Source: Candidatus Peribacteria bacterium (GTDB lineage Bacteria; Patescibacteriota; Gracilibacteria; Peribacterales; Peribacteraceae). From it: a stretch of DNA of 64,000 nt. Position numbers and translations under genes: made by a program. Below are positions 1-10,125 of the stretch, piece by piece. The stretch spans positions 32,001-96,000 of the forward strand of contig JBEPVF010000003.1 of the NCBI GenBank assembly GCA_041691135.1, read 5' to 3'. The notes below the pieces were generated by a model. It was given only the letters and a program-made list of their open reading frames with translations. It did not search any database and had not been told where the DNA came from. Position 1 is the first letter of the stretch. Each line of letters begins with the position of its first letter.

Positions 1-112
1 GTACTCATCACCCACAGGCAAGCCGGCAGAAAAACTACGAGAGCAGTTCGTTTCATCCGGAAGATACTGTACTGAATGCGCAGGAAAAATTCGAGGAGAT
101 TCAAGCATAAGT

Positions 113-1075
113 TCAAACTGTTTCCGATTGAAATGCTTTGTCGAAAGACTGATCATCAATTTTGGTGACACTGCAAAGGATACTTGCTTTCCTTTCTCGT
201 TCCACATACCAACCGCCCGTAGCGTCGCCACCAATATCAAAGCGACGGTCCTTATCCGTATGTATCTCTCTTTGTAGGTTTTCCATCAAAGGCTGTGCTA
301 TTGAGATTGGTTCTTCCAATACAGTTGCCAATTCCATTAAAGTAAGCGCCGTTCCATCGCGCAAGTGACGATCAAAGAGCAGAGTAATAATTTCCAAGTA
401 GCTCTCGTTGTGCGCTTTCCTAATAGAGAGAAGGAATTCCTGAGCTAAGTGTCTGGCGTCACTATTTTGTCTAAAAGTGAATTTCTTCTTTTTATGAGAA
501 AGATGAATGTGCCAGTTCTGAGGTAAATGATTAGATTGCCAATGCTGCCATTTAGGAGGAAACCATTCTTTGCTTAGTTGAGGTCTTAACCTTGGATCCA
601 TACAAGCAGCCAGCTGTCCCCAAGCGCGTTGAGCGCTAATGCCAGCCCTTGCAGCAAGCTCATCTACATGTGTTAAGGTCGCATCTTGCACGACCAGTTT
701 CTCCAGGAACATGCCACAGGCAATACGTATGATTCTATCCTCAGTTAATCCTTCATTGATCCACTCCTTTAAGAAGAGAGCAGCTTTGCCAGTAAAAGCG
801 GCGTCCTTTGAAGAGGGATGTGCTGCTGCAGCTGGAACGACAAATACAGTTTTTGGCTGCTTTGGGTGCTGAAAATGACTATAGAAAGTTCGTCTTATGA
901 CTGACTCTATTGCGTGCAGACTGTATCTGTCAGGCCGGAGTGAGTCAGGCTTCGAGGCAACGAGATCCGTCTTTTTCCGAATATCTTCTGCTACTTCGCC
1001 TATAATGCGTTTCACTGCATCTTCGAGTGCCAAAGAGAATTCCTCATAGTGGCGTTGTCGCAAACTTTCTCTCAT
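113..1075 (-). CDS. hypothetical protein (320 aa), possibly DNA-binding
   Basis: Long ORF, lower GC than neighbours; two weak HTH-like segments (THVDELAARAGISAQRA; LTLMELATVLEEPIS). Confidence 0.6.
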   Translation of the reverse strand: MRESLRQRHYEEFSLALEDAVKRIIGEVAEDIRKKTDLVASKPDSLRPDRYSLHAIESVIRRTFYSHFQHPKQPKTVFVVPAAAAHPSSKDAAFTGKAALFLKEWINEGLTEDRIIRIACGMFLEKLVVQDATLTHVDELAARAGISAQRAWGQLAACMDPRLRPQLSKEWFPPKWQHWQSNHLPQNWHIHLSHKKKKFTFRQNSDARHLAQEFLLSIRKAHNESYLEIITLLFDRHLRDGTALTLMELATVLEEPISIAQPLMENLQREIHTDKDRRFDIGGDATGGWYVERERKASILCSVTKIDDQSFDKAFQSETV

Positions 1076-1177
1076 AGCGAATGCCTAGGAACGTTGGTTG
1101 ATAACCAAGACGGATCATGACACTTTAAATTACCCACTACTAAAGATTACAGTTTCATAAAGTTTCGGAACTCTGTT

Positions 1178-3229
1178 CTACTTCCCACCCAAAATTTCCT
1201 TTTCTTTCTCCAAGAACTTCAGCACCGTTTCGACATACGTTGAATGACTCCATGTGAGCGGTGCGACTGACAACGGCGCGCCGGTCATCGGATCCATCTG
1301 TTCGGGTAGAATGCCGCTCTTCGAAGCGCGCATCGCAACCCATTCGAGGATGGAATGTGCGGCGACGAGGTCCTGCACGGTGCGGGCGCGGGCGATGTAC
1401 CATTGGGCCAGCCACAGGGTGGTGATGATCCATGGGTTGCCGGGAACTTCTTTGCTGAGCGGAAGATTGCGGTGATAGACGTCGTTGGGATAGCGGGCCA
1501 GTCCGCCGATGCCCACTTTCACTTCCAGGTTTTGCTTCAGCTGGTCCATGGTCGAGATGATGCGTGGGTCATCGATTGGCAAAATATCCAGCATCCACAC
1601 GACCATGATGCTGGCGTCCGGCGTGTCGTCGCGTTCGATGGTCTCGCCGTTCTTGCGGCGTATTTTTTTGAGAAAACGGCCTTTTTCTTCGTCAAACAAA
1701 TGGAAGAGGAGTGCCTGCTTCATCGTATCTGCGGCGTGCTGATAGCGTTCGGAGTGCTTGTGATGGCCCAGAATATGGGCGATCTGTGCGGCGGCGTGCA
1801 GTCCGGCAATCGTCGTGGCCGTCGTATAGGTAAAGATGCCGCGATGCTCTTCCCATGGATCGTAGCTGGGCAACGGCAGGCCGGTGGCCTCCTCGCGGAA
1901 TTCGGTCATGAATTCAGCTGCTTTTTTGACGAACCTCTCGTACATGTTCTGCAGAAATTCGAAGTCCTGCACGTGTTCAAAGTGCTTCCAGATGGCGTAG
2001 ACGACCAGGGCAGTTTCATCCTCCTGGATCGGCAACTGCGGCTCTTCGTCGGCATACCACGGGTGCCACGATGATCCCAGCGACCCATCAGGATTGTATT
2101 TATGGAGCAGGTAACCGTCGGGCATCTGGGCCTTGGCACAGAACTCGAAGAAGTTGCGCGTCACTTCGCTGTAACCGGCACGGTCGAGAGCCAACGACAC
2201 AAAGGCGCCATCGCGCGGCCACACGTAGGTGTAGGTGTCGCGATTGAAGGCCATAATATCGCTGTCGGCTGCGGCGATGATGCCGCCATGACTGTCGACG
2301 TGTGTGCGGATCAGCAGTAGGCTGCGCTTGTATAGGTCCACCAGTGTTTCGTTGAGCGTGCTGAAGCTCTGGGTGTTCTTGTTCGACCAGCTCTTCCAGT
2401 AGTTGTGGCAGTTGCGGTGCAGACGCTCGGGTGTTTCGCTGAGTACCGTCTGTTGCAACGTGAGTACCTCGTTCAGTGTTTGGCCGATGCACAGCCACAG
2501 CACCACTTCGGTCTGTGTCGTCGGTTCCACTGTTGCATCGATGCTGATGGTCGAATCTACCGAACCTTGCTCAATCGGATTGCGCGACAAATGTCCGTCT
2601 TCGGCATCGCGCCACGTTCCTTCGAGCCCGCGGTATTCCGATTTCCCGGTCGTGAACGACGAAATGCCGCAGCTCTTGAGCTGTTCCATACTGGGCAGAA
2701 TCGATCCGTAGCGGCCGCCATGATGACCTACAAAGCACTTGTCCGATTTGTCGCACGTGCCGCCGACCAGGAAGTAGCGAGTCTGGCGGAAGTGAATCAC
2801 GCTGTTGGTGTACGGTTCGTAGAAGGCGGTGTCTTTTTGTTTGTCACCGTAGATGTGAAAGTCGTGATTGAAGAAGAAGCGGACGTTCTTGGTGCGGCCA
2901 TCGGTGCTGCGCACTTTGAAGTGCCGGAGCAGGATGTTGTGGACCGGATGGACGTAATCTTCGACGTTCATTTCGATGCCCAGTTTCTCATTTCGCAGGG
3001 TACTGTCACCGACCAGCGTATCGGGCCGGTAGCGCGCTTCGATTTGCCACGTGCCATCGTTCAGCCACGAAAAGCCGGTACCTTCGATATACACGCCCAC
3101 GCGGTGCAAGTGGCCGTACGTCGTCTGGTCCTCCATGCCGACGTATGGGTAGTACAGATCACGCAGCAGCAGGTGCTCGTCGAATGTCGCGAGGACGGAG
3201 CCGTTGCCGAGGACGAGGGAGCGGGGCAT
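1178..3229 (-). CDS. glycoside hydrolase family 15 (glucoamylase/trehalase-like)
   Basis: Motifs GGIIAA, YTYVWPRDG, QEDET, DPWEE, LPEQ, PLTWSH; start moved to MPRSLVLGNG at 3229 to avoid overlap with GH57. Confidence 0.92.
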   Translation of the reverse strand: MPRSLVLGNGSVLATFDEHLLLRDLYYPYVGMEDQTTYGHLHRVGVYIEGTGFSWLNDGTWQIEARYRPDTLVGDSTLRNEKLGIEMNVEDYVHPVHNILLRHFKVRSTDGRTKNVRFFFNHDFHIYGDKQKDTAFYEPYTNSVIHFRQTRYFLVGGTCDKSDKCFVGHHGGRYGSILPSMEQLKSCGISSFTTGKSEYRGLEGTWRDAEDGHLSRNPIEQGSVDSTISIDATVEPTTQTEVVLWLCIGQTLNEVLTLQQTVLSETPERLHRNCHNYWKSWSNKNTQSFSTLNETLVDLYKRSLLLIRTHVDSHGGIIAAADSDIMAFNRDTYTYVWPRDGAFVSLALDRAGYSEVTRNFFEFCAKAQMPDGYLLHKYNPDGSLGSSWHPWYADEEPQLPIQEDETALVVYAIWKHFEHVQDFEFLQNMYERFVKKAAEFMTEFREEATGLPLPSYDPWEEHRGIFTYTTATTIAGLHAAAQIAHILGHHKHSERYQHAADTMKQALLFHLFDEEKGRFLKKIRRKNGETIERDDTPDASIMVVWMLDILPIDDPRIISTMDQLKQNLEVKVGIGGLARYPNDVYHRNLPLSKEVPGNPWIITTLWLAQWYIARARTVQDLVAAHSILEWVAMRASKSGILPEQMDPMTGAPLSVAPLTWSHSTYVETVLKFLEKEKEILGGK

Positions 3230-3266
3230 GGGAGTTACTTGAGAATTGAAAATTGATAATTGAGAA

Positions 3267-4547
3267 TTATGAGAGTGATTCGGCACGCGGATCCTTCGTG
3301 AGTTTTTTGGATCCATCGATTCGTTCTCGGAGATCACACAGCGCGTGGCTAAAACGACGATATGCTTCGTAGGGAGAATCGTACGGGCTGAAGTATTTGT
3401 GCACGTCGCCGTCGCTCCAGTACTTGGTGCACATGTAGTAGAAGTGGTCGGAGGTCGAGAGTTTGCGCCAGGTTTCGAGCAACGAATCATCGCCGGTTGC
3501 CTTGATATCGTGCTCGAGGTCGAACAGCGCCTGCAGTGAGGCATCCTGGATCTTATTGCCCTGCCAAGCCGACAGGTCGCGCTCGATATCGGCCCACGAG
3601 ACGAACGAATGGGCGTCGAACACCTGCGAGTGTTTGGCCTGCCAGCCGTCGATCACTTCGGATGGGGTGGCGGTTTTGATGCCGCGGTCTTGCCACATTC
3701 TCGGCAATGCCCGTACGAAGTCGAAAATGCCGGTGTCGGCCCACTGGTGCTCGCCGAACGTTTCGTAGTCCATGAACAGGTTGATCGAGTGGCCGCCCGA
3801 TTGCATCAGCCAGTCGGTGAAGGTATCGGCATGCAGCGGAAAGCCGACCCACGATTTGTCCGAGAAGCGGAACGCAACGTCGTCGGAGAGCTTGTAGTTC
3901 TTCAGCAGCACTTGGATCGATTCAGAACGCTGGGGCAGGGGACGGAATTTCTGGATGATCGCTTCCTTGGATTTTGGCAGGCGGAACTTGGGTGGCACGA
4001 ACGGTTCGTTGGGACTGCGGCCATGCAGCACGTGGTCGGCGCCCTCGGCCAAAATGCCACGGAAGCCCATCAGGCGGGCGACATGGGCGATCTCGTTACT
4101 GTAGATCAGTTCGGTATTGCGGAACACACTTGGTATGACGCCGAACAGTTCCTGCAGTTTGCGCGTGTGTTTGGCCACCTGCTGCACGAACTCGGGCAGC
4201 GATTTTAGATAGCTCAGTGAGTGGTAGTAAGTTTCGGCCATGAACTCCACCTGTCCGGTGGCAGCCAGGGCACGGAACGAATCGAGCACATCCAGTCCGT
4301 ATTCCTGACATTGATCCAGGAACACACCCGATAGCGAGTAGCTGATATGGAACTCGGGATGAGCCCGCAACAGATCGAGCATCAGCGCATTCGCCGGAAG
4401 GTAACATTTCTCGGCTACTTTGCGGAACACGGCGTGGTTCTTCGCATCATCGAAGTACGTGGCGTCGCCCTTGCCGATATCCGTGATGCGCAGATCGCGG
4501 AGGCGGTAGGGTTGGTGGACCTGGAAGTAGAAACAAATCTGAGGCAT
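3267..4547 (-). CDS. glycoside hydrolase family 57 (alpha-amylase-like)
   Basis: FQVHQP, ETYYHS, FRNTEL, FMDYETFGEH and TSDHFYYM conserved regions. Confidence 0.95.
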   Translation of the reverse strand: MPQICFYFQVHQPYRLRDLRITDIGKGDATYFDDAKNHAVFRKVAEKCYLPANALMLDLLRAHPEFHISYSLSGVFLDQCQEYGLDVLDSFRALAATGQVEFMAETYYHSLSYLKSLPEFVQQVAKHTRKLQELFGVIPSVFRNTELIYSNEIAHVARLMGFRGILAEGADHVLHGRSPNEPFVPPKFRLPKSKEAIIQKFRPLPQRSESIQVLLKNYKLSDDVAFRFSDKSWVGFPLHADTFTDWLMQSGGHSINLFMDYETFGEHQWADTGIFDFVRALPRMWQDRGIKTATPSEVIDGWQAKHSQVFDAHSFVSWADIERDLSAWQGNKIQDASLQALFDLEHDIKATGDDSLLETWRKLSTSDHFYYMCTKYWSDGDVHKYFSPYDSPYEAYRRFSHALCDLRERIDGSKKLTKDPRAESLS

Positions 4548-4560
4548 AAAAAATTGAGAA

Positions 4561-5781
4561 TTAAGTGTTAATGAGATCTTGGTAAATCGATGAAACTTTG
4601 TTGGCCTGGTTCTTCCAGGTAAGGCGTTGCAATACGCGCGGTGCTTCGGCCCGGAGCTGCTCTGCCAACGGTTGCTCGCGCAGAATGGTCAGAATGCAGT
4701 CGGCCATTTTGTCGCTGTCCCAGAAGTCGACCTTGTACGCATGTTCGACGACTTCGGCGACACCCGATTGTTTGCTCAGCACCACGGGCGTGCCGTGGCT
4801 GATCGCTTCGAGCGCGACGAGCCCAAACGGTTCGCTAAGCGATGGCATCACGAAGCAGTCGGCTTTGCGGTACAGCTGATCGATCTCGCGCCCGGCGACT
4901 TTACCGGTGAACAGAACATTGTCGCTCAATCCCAACGAGCAAGCGCGTTCGATGAGCTCCGGCAACATGCCGCCGTCGCCGGCCATGACGAATTCGACAT
5001 CCGGATTGATGTCGTTGATTTTACGAGCGACATCCAGGAATGAGTGGGGATTCTTCTGTATCGTCATGCGACCCAAAAACAGGACCAGTGGTCGGCGTGT
5101 CGCATGATCGGTGAGAGAAGACGGACCGCGCGTTTCGATATACGACTGCTGATGGCCGTTGTGGACCACGGCAATTTTGTCGGCCGGGATGCCATAGTGC
5201 TCCACCAGAATGTTCTTGGTGTATTGACTGACGGCAATAATCCGATCGGCAGCCAACATCCCCAGTCGCTCACGTTCCATGATCCATTGGTTCGGTCCGA
5301 AATTCGTGCGGTCCAGTTCGGTGGCATGAATATGCGTGATCAACGGCTTGCCGTGGTAGTTCGCGGCACGCCGGCCGGCTTCGAAGGTCATCCAGTCGTG
5401 GCTGTGCACGACGTCGGGTGAAATATCGCGGGTCATCTCGATGGCCATGCTCGTGTAGTTCTCGACGGCCTGTCCCAAGTCGGGTCCGTAAAGGGCCGCA
5501 GTTTCGCGCGGAAGATGCGACAACTCCAGACGCAGCGCGTATTCATCAACATTGTCGTACGGTTGCAGTGCACTCTGAACCAGAATCGAATTCCAAACAC
5601 TGTCGGTGGGGAAGCGCACGCTCAAATTCTGTTCCTCGGATGCATGATTGTGGGGAAGCACGAGGGTCACTTGCACGCCGTTCTGCGTCAGTCCGCGGAC
5701 AAGACCCTGACACGCCACACCCAGACCTCCGGAGTGATGGGGAGGATACTCCCAGCCGAACATGAGTGTGTGCAGCGACAT
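4561..5781 (-). CDS. glycosyltransferase family 4 (glycogen synthase-like)
   Basis: GWEYPP..GGLG, HSHDW, HIHATE, PSLSEPFGLVALEA. Confidence 0.92.
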   Translation of the reverse strand: MSLHTLMFGWEYPPHHSGGLGVACQGLVRGLTQNGVQVTLVLPHNHASEEQNLSVRFPTDSVWNSILVQSALQPYDNVDEYALRLELSHLPRETAALYGPDLGQAVENYTSMAIEMTRDISPDVVHSHDWMTFEAGRRAANYHGKPLITHIHATELDRTNFGPNQWIMERERLGMLAADRIIAVSQYTKNILVEHYGIPADKIAVVHNGHQQSYIETRGPSSLTDHATRRPLVLFLGRMTIQKNPHSFLDVARKINDINPDVEFVMAGDGGMLPELIERACSLGLSDNVLFTGKVAGREIDQLYRKADCFVMPSLSEPFGLVALEAISHGTPVVLSKQSGVAEVVEHAYKVDFWDSDKMADCILTILREQPLAEQLRAEAPRVLQRLTWKNQANKVSSIYQDLINT

Positions 5782-6096
5782 GAGTGTGAGTTTTTGTTTT
5801 GCAGTTGTGGGTTTCCCGATCTCGGGACATCTCAGAATTATAGCAGAAATTCTCGTTTTCTTCAATGACTTTGCCACTCTAACAGGTATTGCAGAGGCAA
5901 TCAGATTTTATCTTCTATAAGCCAAAAGTGAGGGAGGCAGTCCCGACCCACGATGAAGGGATTTCGGTGCGCATTCGGTGAATAAAGAGATAGCGACATA
6001 TTTTTTATTTTTAATCAAGTGTTCGATTGCTCGTTGTGGTCCATCCGTGTGTTCGTCCTATTTGTTCTCCCTGCATGGGGCAGGTACCCTTTTTGC

Positions 6097-7389
6097 ATGA
6101 CCCCACTTCACCCACTTGCCGTCACTCTCAACGAGACCTTTCAGAAACAATCGCCACAAATTTTTTCGCTCTTATCCAAGCGTGGCGTGTCCGCATACTT
6201 TCCCAAGCTCGGTATTCTGAGCCAGGCGGCTGATGCCGATGGCAAGACGATCAATGCGACGATCGGTATTGCACTCGACGAGGACAAAACGCCGCTCCAT
6301 ACGTCCACGATTGCAAAGGCGGTGAACCTGCCGGCCAAGGACGTGTTTCCGTACACGCCGAGCTACGGAAAAAAGCCTCTGCGCGATAAGTGGCAGGAGG
6401 AGATCCGCAAAAAAAATCCGTCACTCAAAGCGGACATCAGTTTGCCGGTGGTGAATGCCGGACTTACGCACTCGCTGAGCGTTGCCGGTTACCTATTTCT
6501 CGATCCGGGCGAAGAGATCATTCAGCCCGACATGTACTGGGACAACTACGAACTCATTTTTGAAGAAGCGTACGGTGCCATACTGACGATGTTTCAGACG
6601 TTCGAAGGACAGCGATTCAATGTGGCAGGATTAAGAAAAACCCTTGAACAGAAGTCAGGAAAACAGGTTGTGTTCCTCAATTTTCCGAACAATCCCACCG
6701 GTTATACGCCACTCACATCGGAGATGCAGGATATCGCGCAGGCGTTGAAAGAAAGTGCCGAGCGCGGCAATAAAATCGTCGTTCTGATCGACGATGCGTA
6801 CTTTGGTTTGATTTACGACGAGGGTGTCTACACCGAGTCGCTGTTCTCGCTTGTGGCCGATCTGCACGAGAACATTCTGGCGGTGAAAGTGGACGGTGCG
6901 ACGAAAGAAGAATTTGCCTGGGGTATGCGCATTGGTTTTCTCACATACGCCGGAAAGGGGATGACCAAAGACACGCTGAAAGTGCTCGAAGAGAAAACGG
7001 CTGGTGTCGTGCGTGGCACGGTGAGCAACTGTTCGCATATGGCGCAGAGTCTGATCCTGCAGGCACTCCAGACGCCTGGCTATGAGGAGGAGAAGCATCA
7101 GAAGTTCGAACTGCTGAAAACGCGCTTCCAGAACGCAAAAAAAGAGGTGGCGAATCCGCAGTATCAGGACCAATTTACGATGCTACCCTGCAATTCGGGT
7201 TACTTCTTGTGCCTCAAATTACGCGATGGTCTGGATGCCGAGCTGGTGCGTCAGAAGCTGCTCCATGATTACTCCACCGGCATCATCGCGCTGGGCAGCC
7301 TGATTCGGGTTGCATTTTCGTCTGTCCCGAACAAAGATTTACCCACGCTGTTTTCGAATATTTACGCCGCGTGCCAGACGTTCTCATAA
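6097..7389 (+). CDS. PLP-dependent aminotransferase class I/II (aspartate aminotransferase-like)
   Basis: NFPNNPTG, IDDAY, DGATKEEFAWGMRIG; start taken at MTPLHP. Confidence 0.9.
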   Translation: MTPLHPLAVTLNETFQKQSPQIFSLLSKRGVSAYFPKLGILSQAADADGKTINATIGIALDEDKTPLHTSTIAKAVNLPAKDVFPYTPSYGKKPLRDKWQEEIRKKNPSLKADISLPVVNAGLTHSLSVAGYLFLDPGEEIIQPDMYWDNYELIFEEAYGAILTMFQTFEGQRFNVAGLRKTLEQKSGKQVVFLNFPNNPTGYTPLTSEMQDIAQALKESAERGNKIVVLIDDAYFGLIYDEGVYTESLFSLVADLHENILAVKVDGATKEEFAWGMRIGFLTYAGKGMTKDTLKVLEEKTAGVVRGTVSNCSHMAQSLILQALQTPGYEEEKHQKFELLKTRFQNAKKEVANPQYQDQFTMLPCNSGYFLCLKLRDGLDAELVRQKLLHDYSTGIIALGSLIRVAFSSVPNKDLPTLFSNIYAACQTFS

Positions 7390-7414
7390 TTTCTTCCCTC
7401 TCCTGATTTCTCCC

Positions 7415-9055
7415 ATGGATACTCTCGCTCAGTCTATCGACCAATTTTTGTCTTCTCATAAGAACGTCGCCACCAATTTGACGCGCTCCCAACTGATTCA
7501 GACATCCATCGATCGCCGTGAATGCATCGTCACCGAAAGTGGTGCAGTAGCCATCTGGAACCCGAAAAACGCGACTGGCCGCATTCCCAAAGATACGTAC
7601 ACCGTGCGTCATCCGGACAGCAAAATGAACATCGCGTGGGGCATGCCGAATAACATCGCGATGGAGCCGGCAATGTTCGAGAGCATGTTGCAAGATGCAT
7701 TGTCTACGCTGGGTCAAAAGGATCAATTGTTCGTTCTTGATCGCAGTGTGGGCGCCGATCCGAAATACACCCTGCCGGTGCGCACGATTTCACCGCGCGC
7801 TATCACGGAACTCTTTGCCGACAATATGTTCCGCGCACTGCCGGCCGATCTGAGCCAGAGTATTTTCAAAGATGATCGGTTCACCATCGTCGTGGTACCG
7901 ACCGACAAAGTGCAGACCGCCAAGTACAAGGGAAAACTGCGCGAAGAGAACGGCAAAATCGTCGACCACCTGATCGTCATGGATCTGGAGCGCCGAATTG
8001 GCATCGTGTACGGGACGCTGTACTGTGGCGCGGTGAAGAAGCTCGTGTTTACGGCGATGAATGCGTTATTGCCCACCAATGGCGTTCTATCGCTCCATTG
8101 CTCTGCATCGCAGGATACGGAGGGGAACGCTCACTTGTTTCTGGGCCTCTCGGGTACGGGAAAAACGACGCTTTCCGTCGATCCCAAGCGCTCTTTGATC
8201 GGCGACGACGAACATCTGTGGTCCGATGATGGTGTGGCGAATTTGGAGAACGGCTCGTATGCCAAGCTCATCAGGTTACGCAAAGATAAGGAACCAATGA
8301 TCTTCGAGGCGGTTTTCGGCAAGCGGCCGGTGCTGGAACATGGCTGCATTATCGAGAACACGATGGTCTATCCCGATGGATCGGTGGATGTCGACGATGA
8401 ACGCTTGGCCGAGAATTCACGTGCTGCCTTCCCGCTGTCGTTCGTTGGCAACGTGGTGACGAGTGCGCGCGGCGGTCATCCCAAAACAGTAGTGTTCCTG
8501 ACGGCTGATGCGAATGGCGTCCTGCCGCCGGTGGCGTCGCTCACGCACGAGCAGGCGATGTTATGGTTCCTGATGGGCTACACCAGCAAATTGGCCGGTA
8601 CCGAAGCCGGTGTCACGTCACCGACTACGACGTTCTCTCGCTTCTTCGGCGGACCATTCATGCCGCTTGCGTCGGAGGAGTACCTCAAACTGCTCAATGC
8701 CAAACTTAAAGACCATGGCACGAACGTCTATCTGATCAACACCGGATGGACGGGCGGTCCGTACGGCGTCGGCAAGCGCATGGATATCACGCTCACGCGC
8801 GCGGTGGTGGATGCGGCGCTGACGGGACAACTCGCGAACGTGGAATGCCGCGACGATCACCGCTTCCATCTGCGCGTACCAGTCACGTGTCCTGGCGTGG
8901 ATGCGACGGTGCTCGATCCCAAAGCAACATGGCCAGATAAGGACGCCTACGAAGCCGCTGCCAACAAGCTCTCCAGCGAGTTCGCCGCTCACTTCGACAA
9001 GATGTACAAGGGGCAGGTGCCGCCGGAAGTGGAGGCGATGTGTCCGGGGAAATAA
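7415..9055 (+). CDS. pckA: phosphoenolpyruvate carboxykinase (ATP)
   Basis: HCSA, GLSGTGKTTLS, LIGDDEH, ENSRAAFP, FLTADANGVLPP, YLINTGWTGG. Confidence 0.96.
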   Translation: MDTLAQSIDQFLSSHKNVATNLTRSQLIQTSIDRRECIVTESGAVAIWNPKNATGRIPKDTYTVRHPDSKMNIAWGMPNNIAMEPAMFESMLQDALSTLGQKDQLFVLDRSVGADPKYTLPVRTISPRAITELFADNMFRALPADLSQSIFKDDRFTIVVVPTDKVQTAKYKGKLREENGKIVDHLIVMDLERRIGIVYGTLYCGAVKKLVFTAMNALLPTNGVLSLHCSASQDTEGNAHLFLGLSGTGKTTLSVDPKRSLIGDDEHLWSDDGVANLENGSYAKLIRLRKDKEPMIFEAVFGKRPVLEHGCIIENTMVYPDGSVDVDDERLAENSRAAFPLSFVGNVVTSARGGHPKTVVFLTADANGVLPPVASLTHEQAMLWFLMGYTSKLAGTEAGVTSPTTTFSRFFGGPFMPLASEEYLKLLNAKLKDHGTNVYLINTGWTGGPYGVGKRMDITLTRAVVDAALTGQLANVECRDDHRFHLRVPVTCPGVDATVLDPKATWPDKDAYEAAANKLSSEFAAHFDKMYKGQVPPEVEAMCPGK

Positions 9056-9567
9056 CATTCATTCTCGTCGCCTTGAGTTCACCTTTGCACCATGAATGGG
9101 AGGAAAAAGTTCAATCGCTCCAGCTCCCCGAGCTGGTGACGGACGAAGCCCAAGTTCAGAAAGTTGTCGACCTACTTGACGACATCCAACGTACGGTAAA
9201 TGGCATACGTGTTGAAATAGCGAGCAGTGCGCAAATGTTGCTCTCGCGACTTGAGGGAAAATCCTTTGGTCCACATAATCGTGAGATTGCGACAAGAATT
9301 CAGCAAGTACTAATCGATCTTCAGCATCGGCTCGTCTGCCAGCATGAAGGCACGCGTGAGCGTTGTGCGAAGCCTTCAGTTCTTCGCTTCCAGGATAAAG
9401 GCCAGTACGGAACGTTCCATTTCGAGCATTGTGAAGCCGGTCGTAAAACGCGGCATCTCGGGCCGGCAAAGCTTCCCACGCTCATCCTCGTTCCAGCTAC
9501 TCCCAACCCCCTCCTTCGCCACTCCGTCGAGAGTAACGACGTGTTGACGCGCGCCTTAGACAAGTGA
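9040..9567 (+). CDS. hypothetical protein with Cys/His cluster
   Basis: 175-aa ORF filling the gap after pckA; start uncertain (overlaps the pckA end). Confidence 0.45.
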   Translation: MSGEITFILVALSSPLHHEWEEKVQSLQLPELVTDEAQVQKVVDLLDDIQRTVNGIRVEIASSAQMLLSRLEGKSFGPHNREIATRIQQVLIDLQHRLVCQHEGTRERCAKPSVLRFQDKGQYGTFHFEHCEAGRKTRHLGPAKLPTLILVPATPNPLLRHSVESNDVLTRALDK

Positions 9568-9704
9568 TGTTCCCCTCACTCGCCGTTTCTCCCGTATGAA
9601 GAAGAGTCGCTCCAGGCAAGCGTCGCTTGCCTTCGCGATGTTGTTTGAAGGCAGCGATATCCACTCGACATGACAATTAGCATCGTCCTTGTTATGCTTC
9701 TGTC

Positions 9705-10085
9705 ATGTCTGATGACAATGCAATCGGCGAGGGGATTTCTACTGATGCGAATTTGGTGGTCGGTGCCAGGACGACCAAGGCCTATCACTTCGTTTACTAC
9801 GTGCTCACGGTGCTCGAAATCCTGTTCGCGTTCCGTTTCTTTCTCAAGCTGTTGGCTGCCAGCCCGAACAATGTTTTTGCAGAGGTGGTGTATGGCATCA
9901 CCTATGTATTCCTGTTGCCGTTCGCCAGTCTGTTTCCCCCGGCCGTGACGACGGATGGCAAGATGCCCAGCGCATTTGAACCATCAACACTGGTGGCAAT
10001 GGTGTTCTATGCAATTTTGGCGTGGGCGGTCGCTAAATATATCGTCATTTCGAGGAGTCGATCGGACAAAGCGAAGAAGCGATAG
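9705..10085 (+). CDS. YggT-like membrane protein
   Basis: Hydrophobic helices, LEILFAFRFFLKLLAA..N.F..VYGIT..FLLPF pattern. Confidence 0.75.
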   Translation: MSDDNAIGEGISTDANLVVGARTTKAYHFVYYVLTVLEILFAFRFFLKLLAASPNNVFAEVVYGITYVFLLPFASLFPPAVTTDGKMPSAFEPSTLVAMVFYAILAWAVAKYIVISRSRSDKAKKR

Positions 10086-10125
10086 CTATGCTCTTTCCGC
10101 CCCTGAGGTACTAGGAGTAGCGAGA

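Noticed and set aside
1-110. Possible 3' end of a plus-strand CDS (..EKFEEIQA*)
   Set aside because: Too short to support or identify
3230-3544. N-terminal extension of the 788-aa GH15 ORF
   Set aside because: Overlaps GH57 and translates a heptamer repeat; family-like sequence starts at 3229
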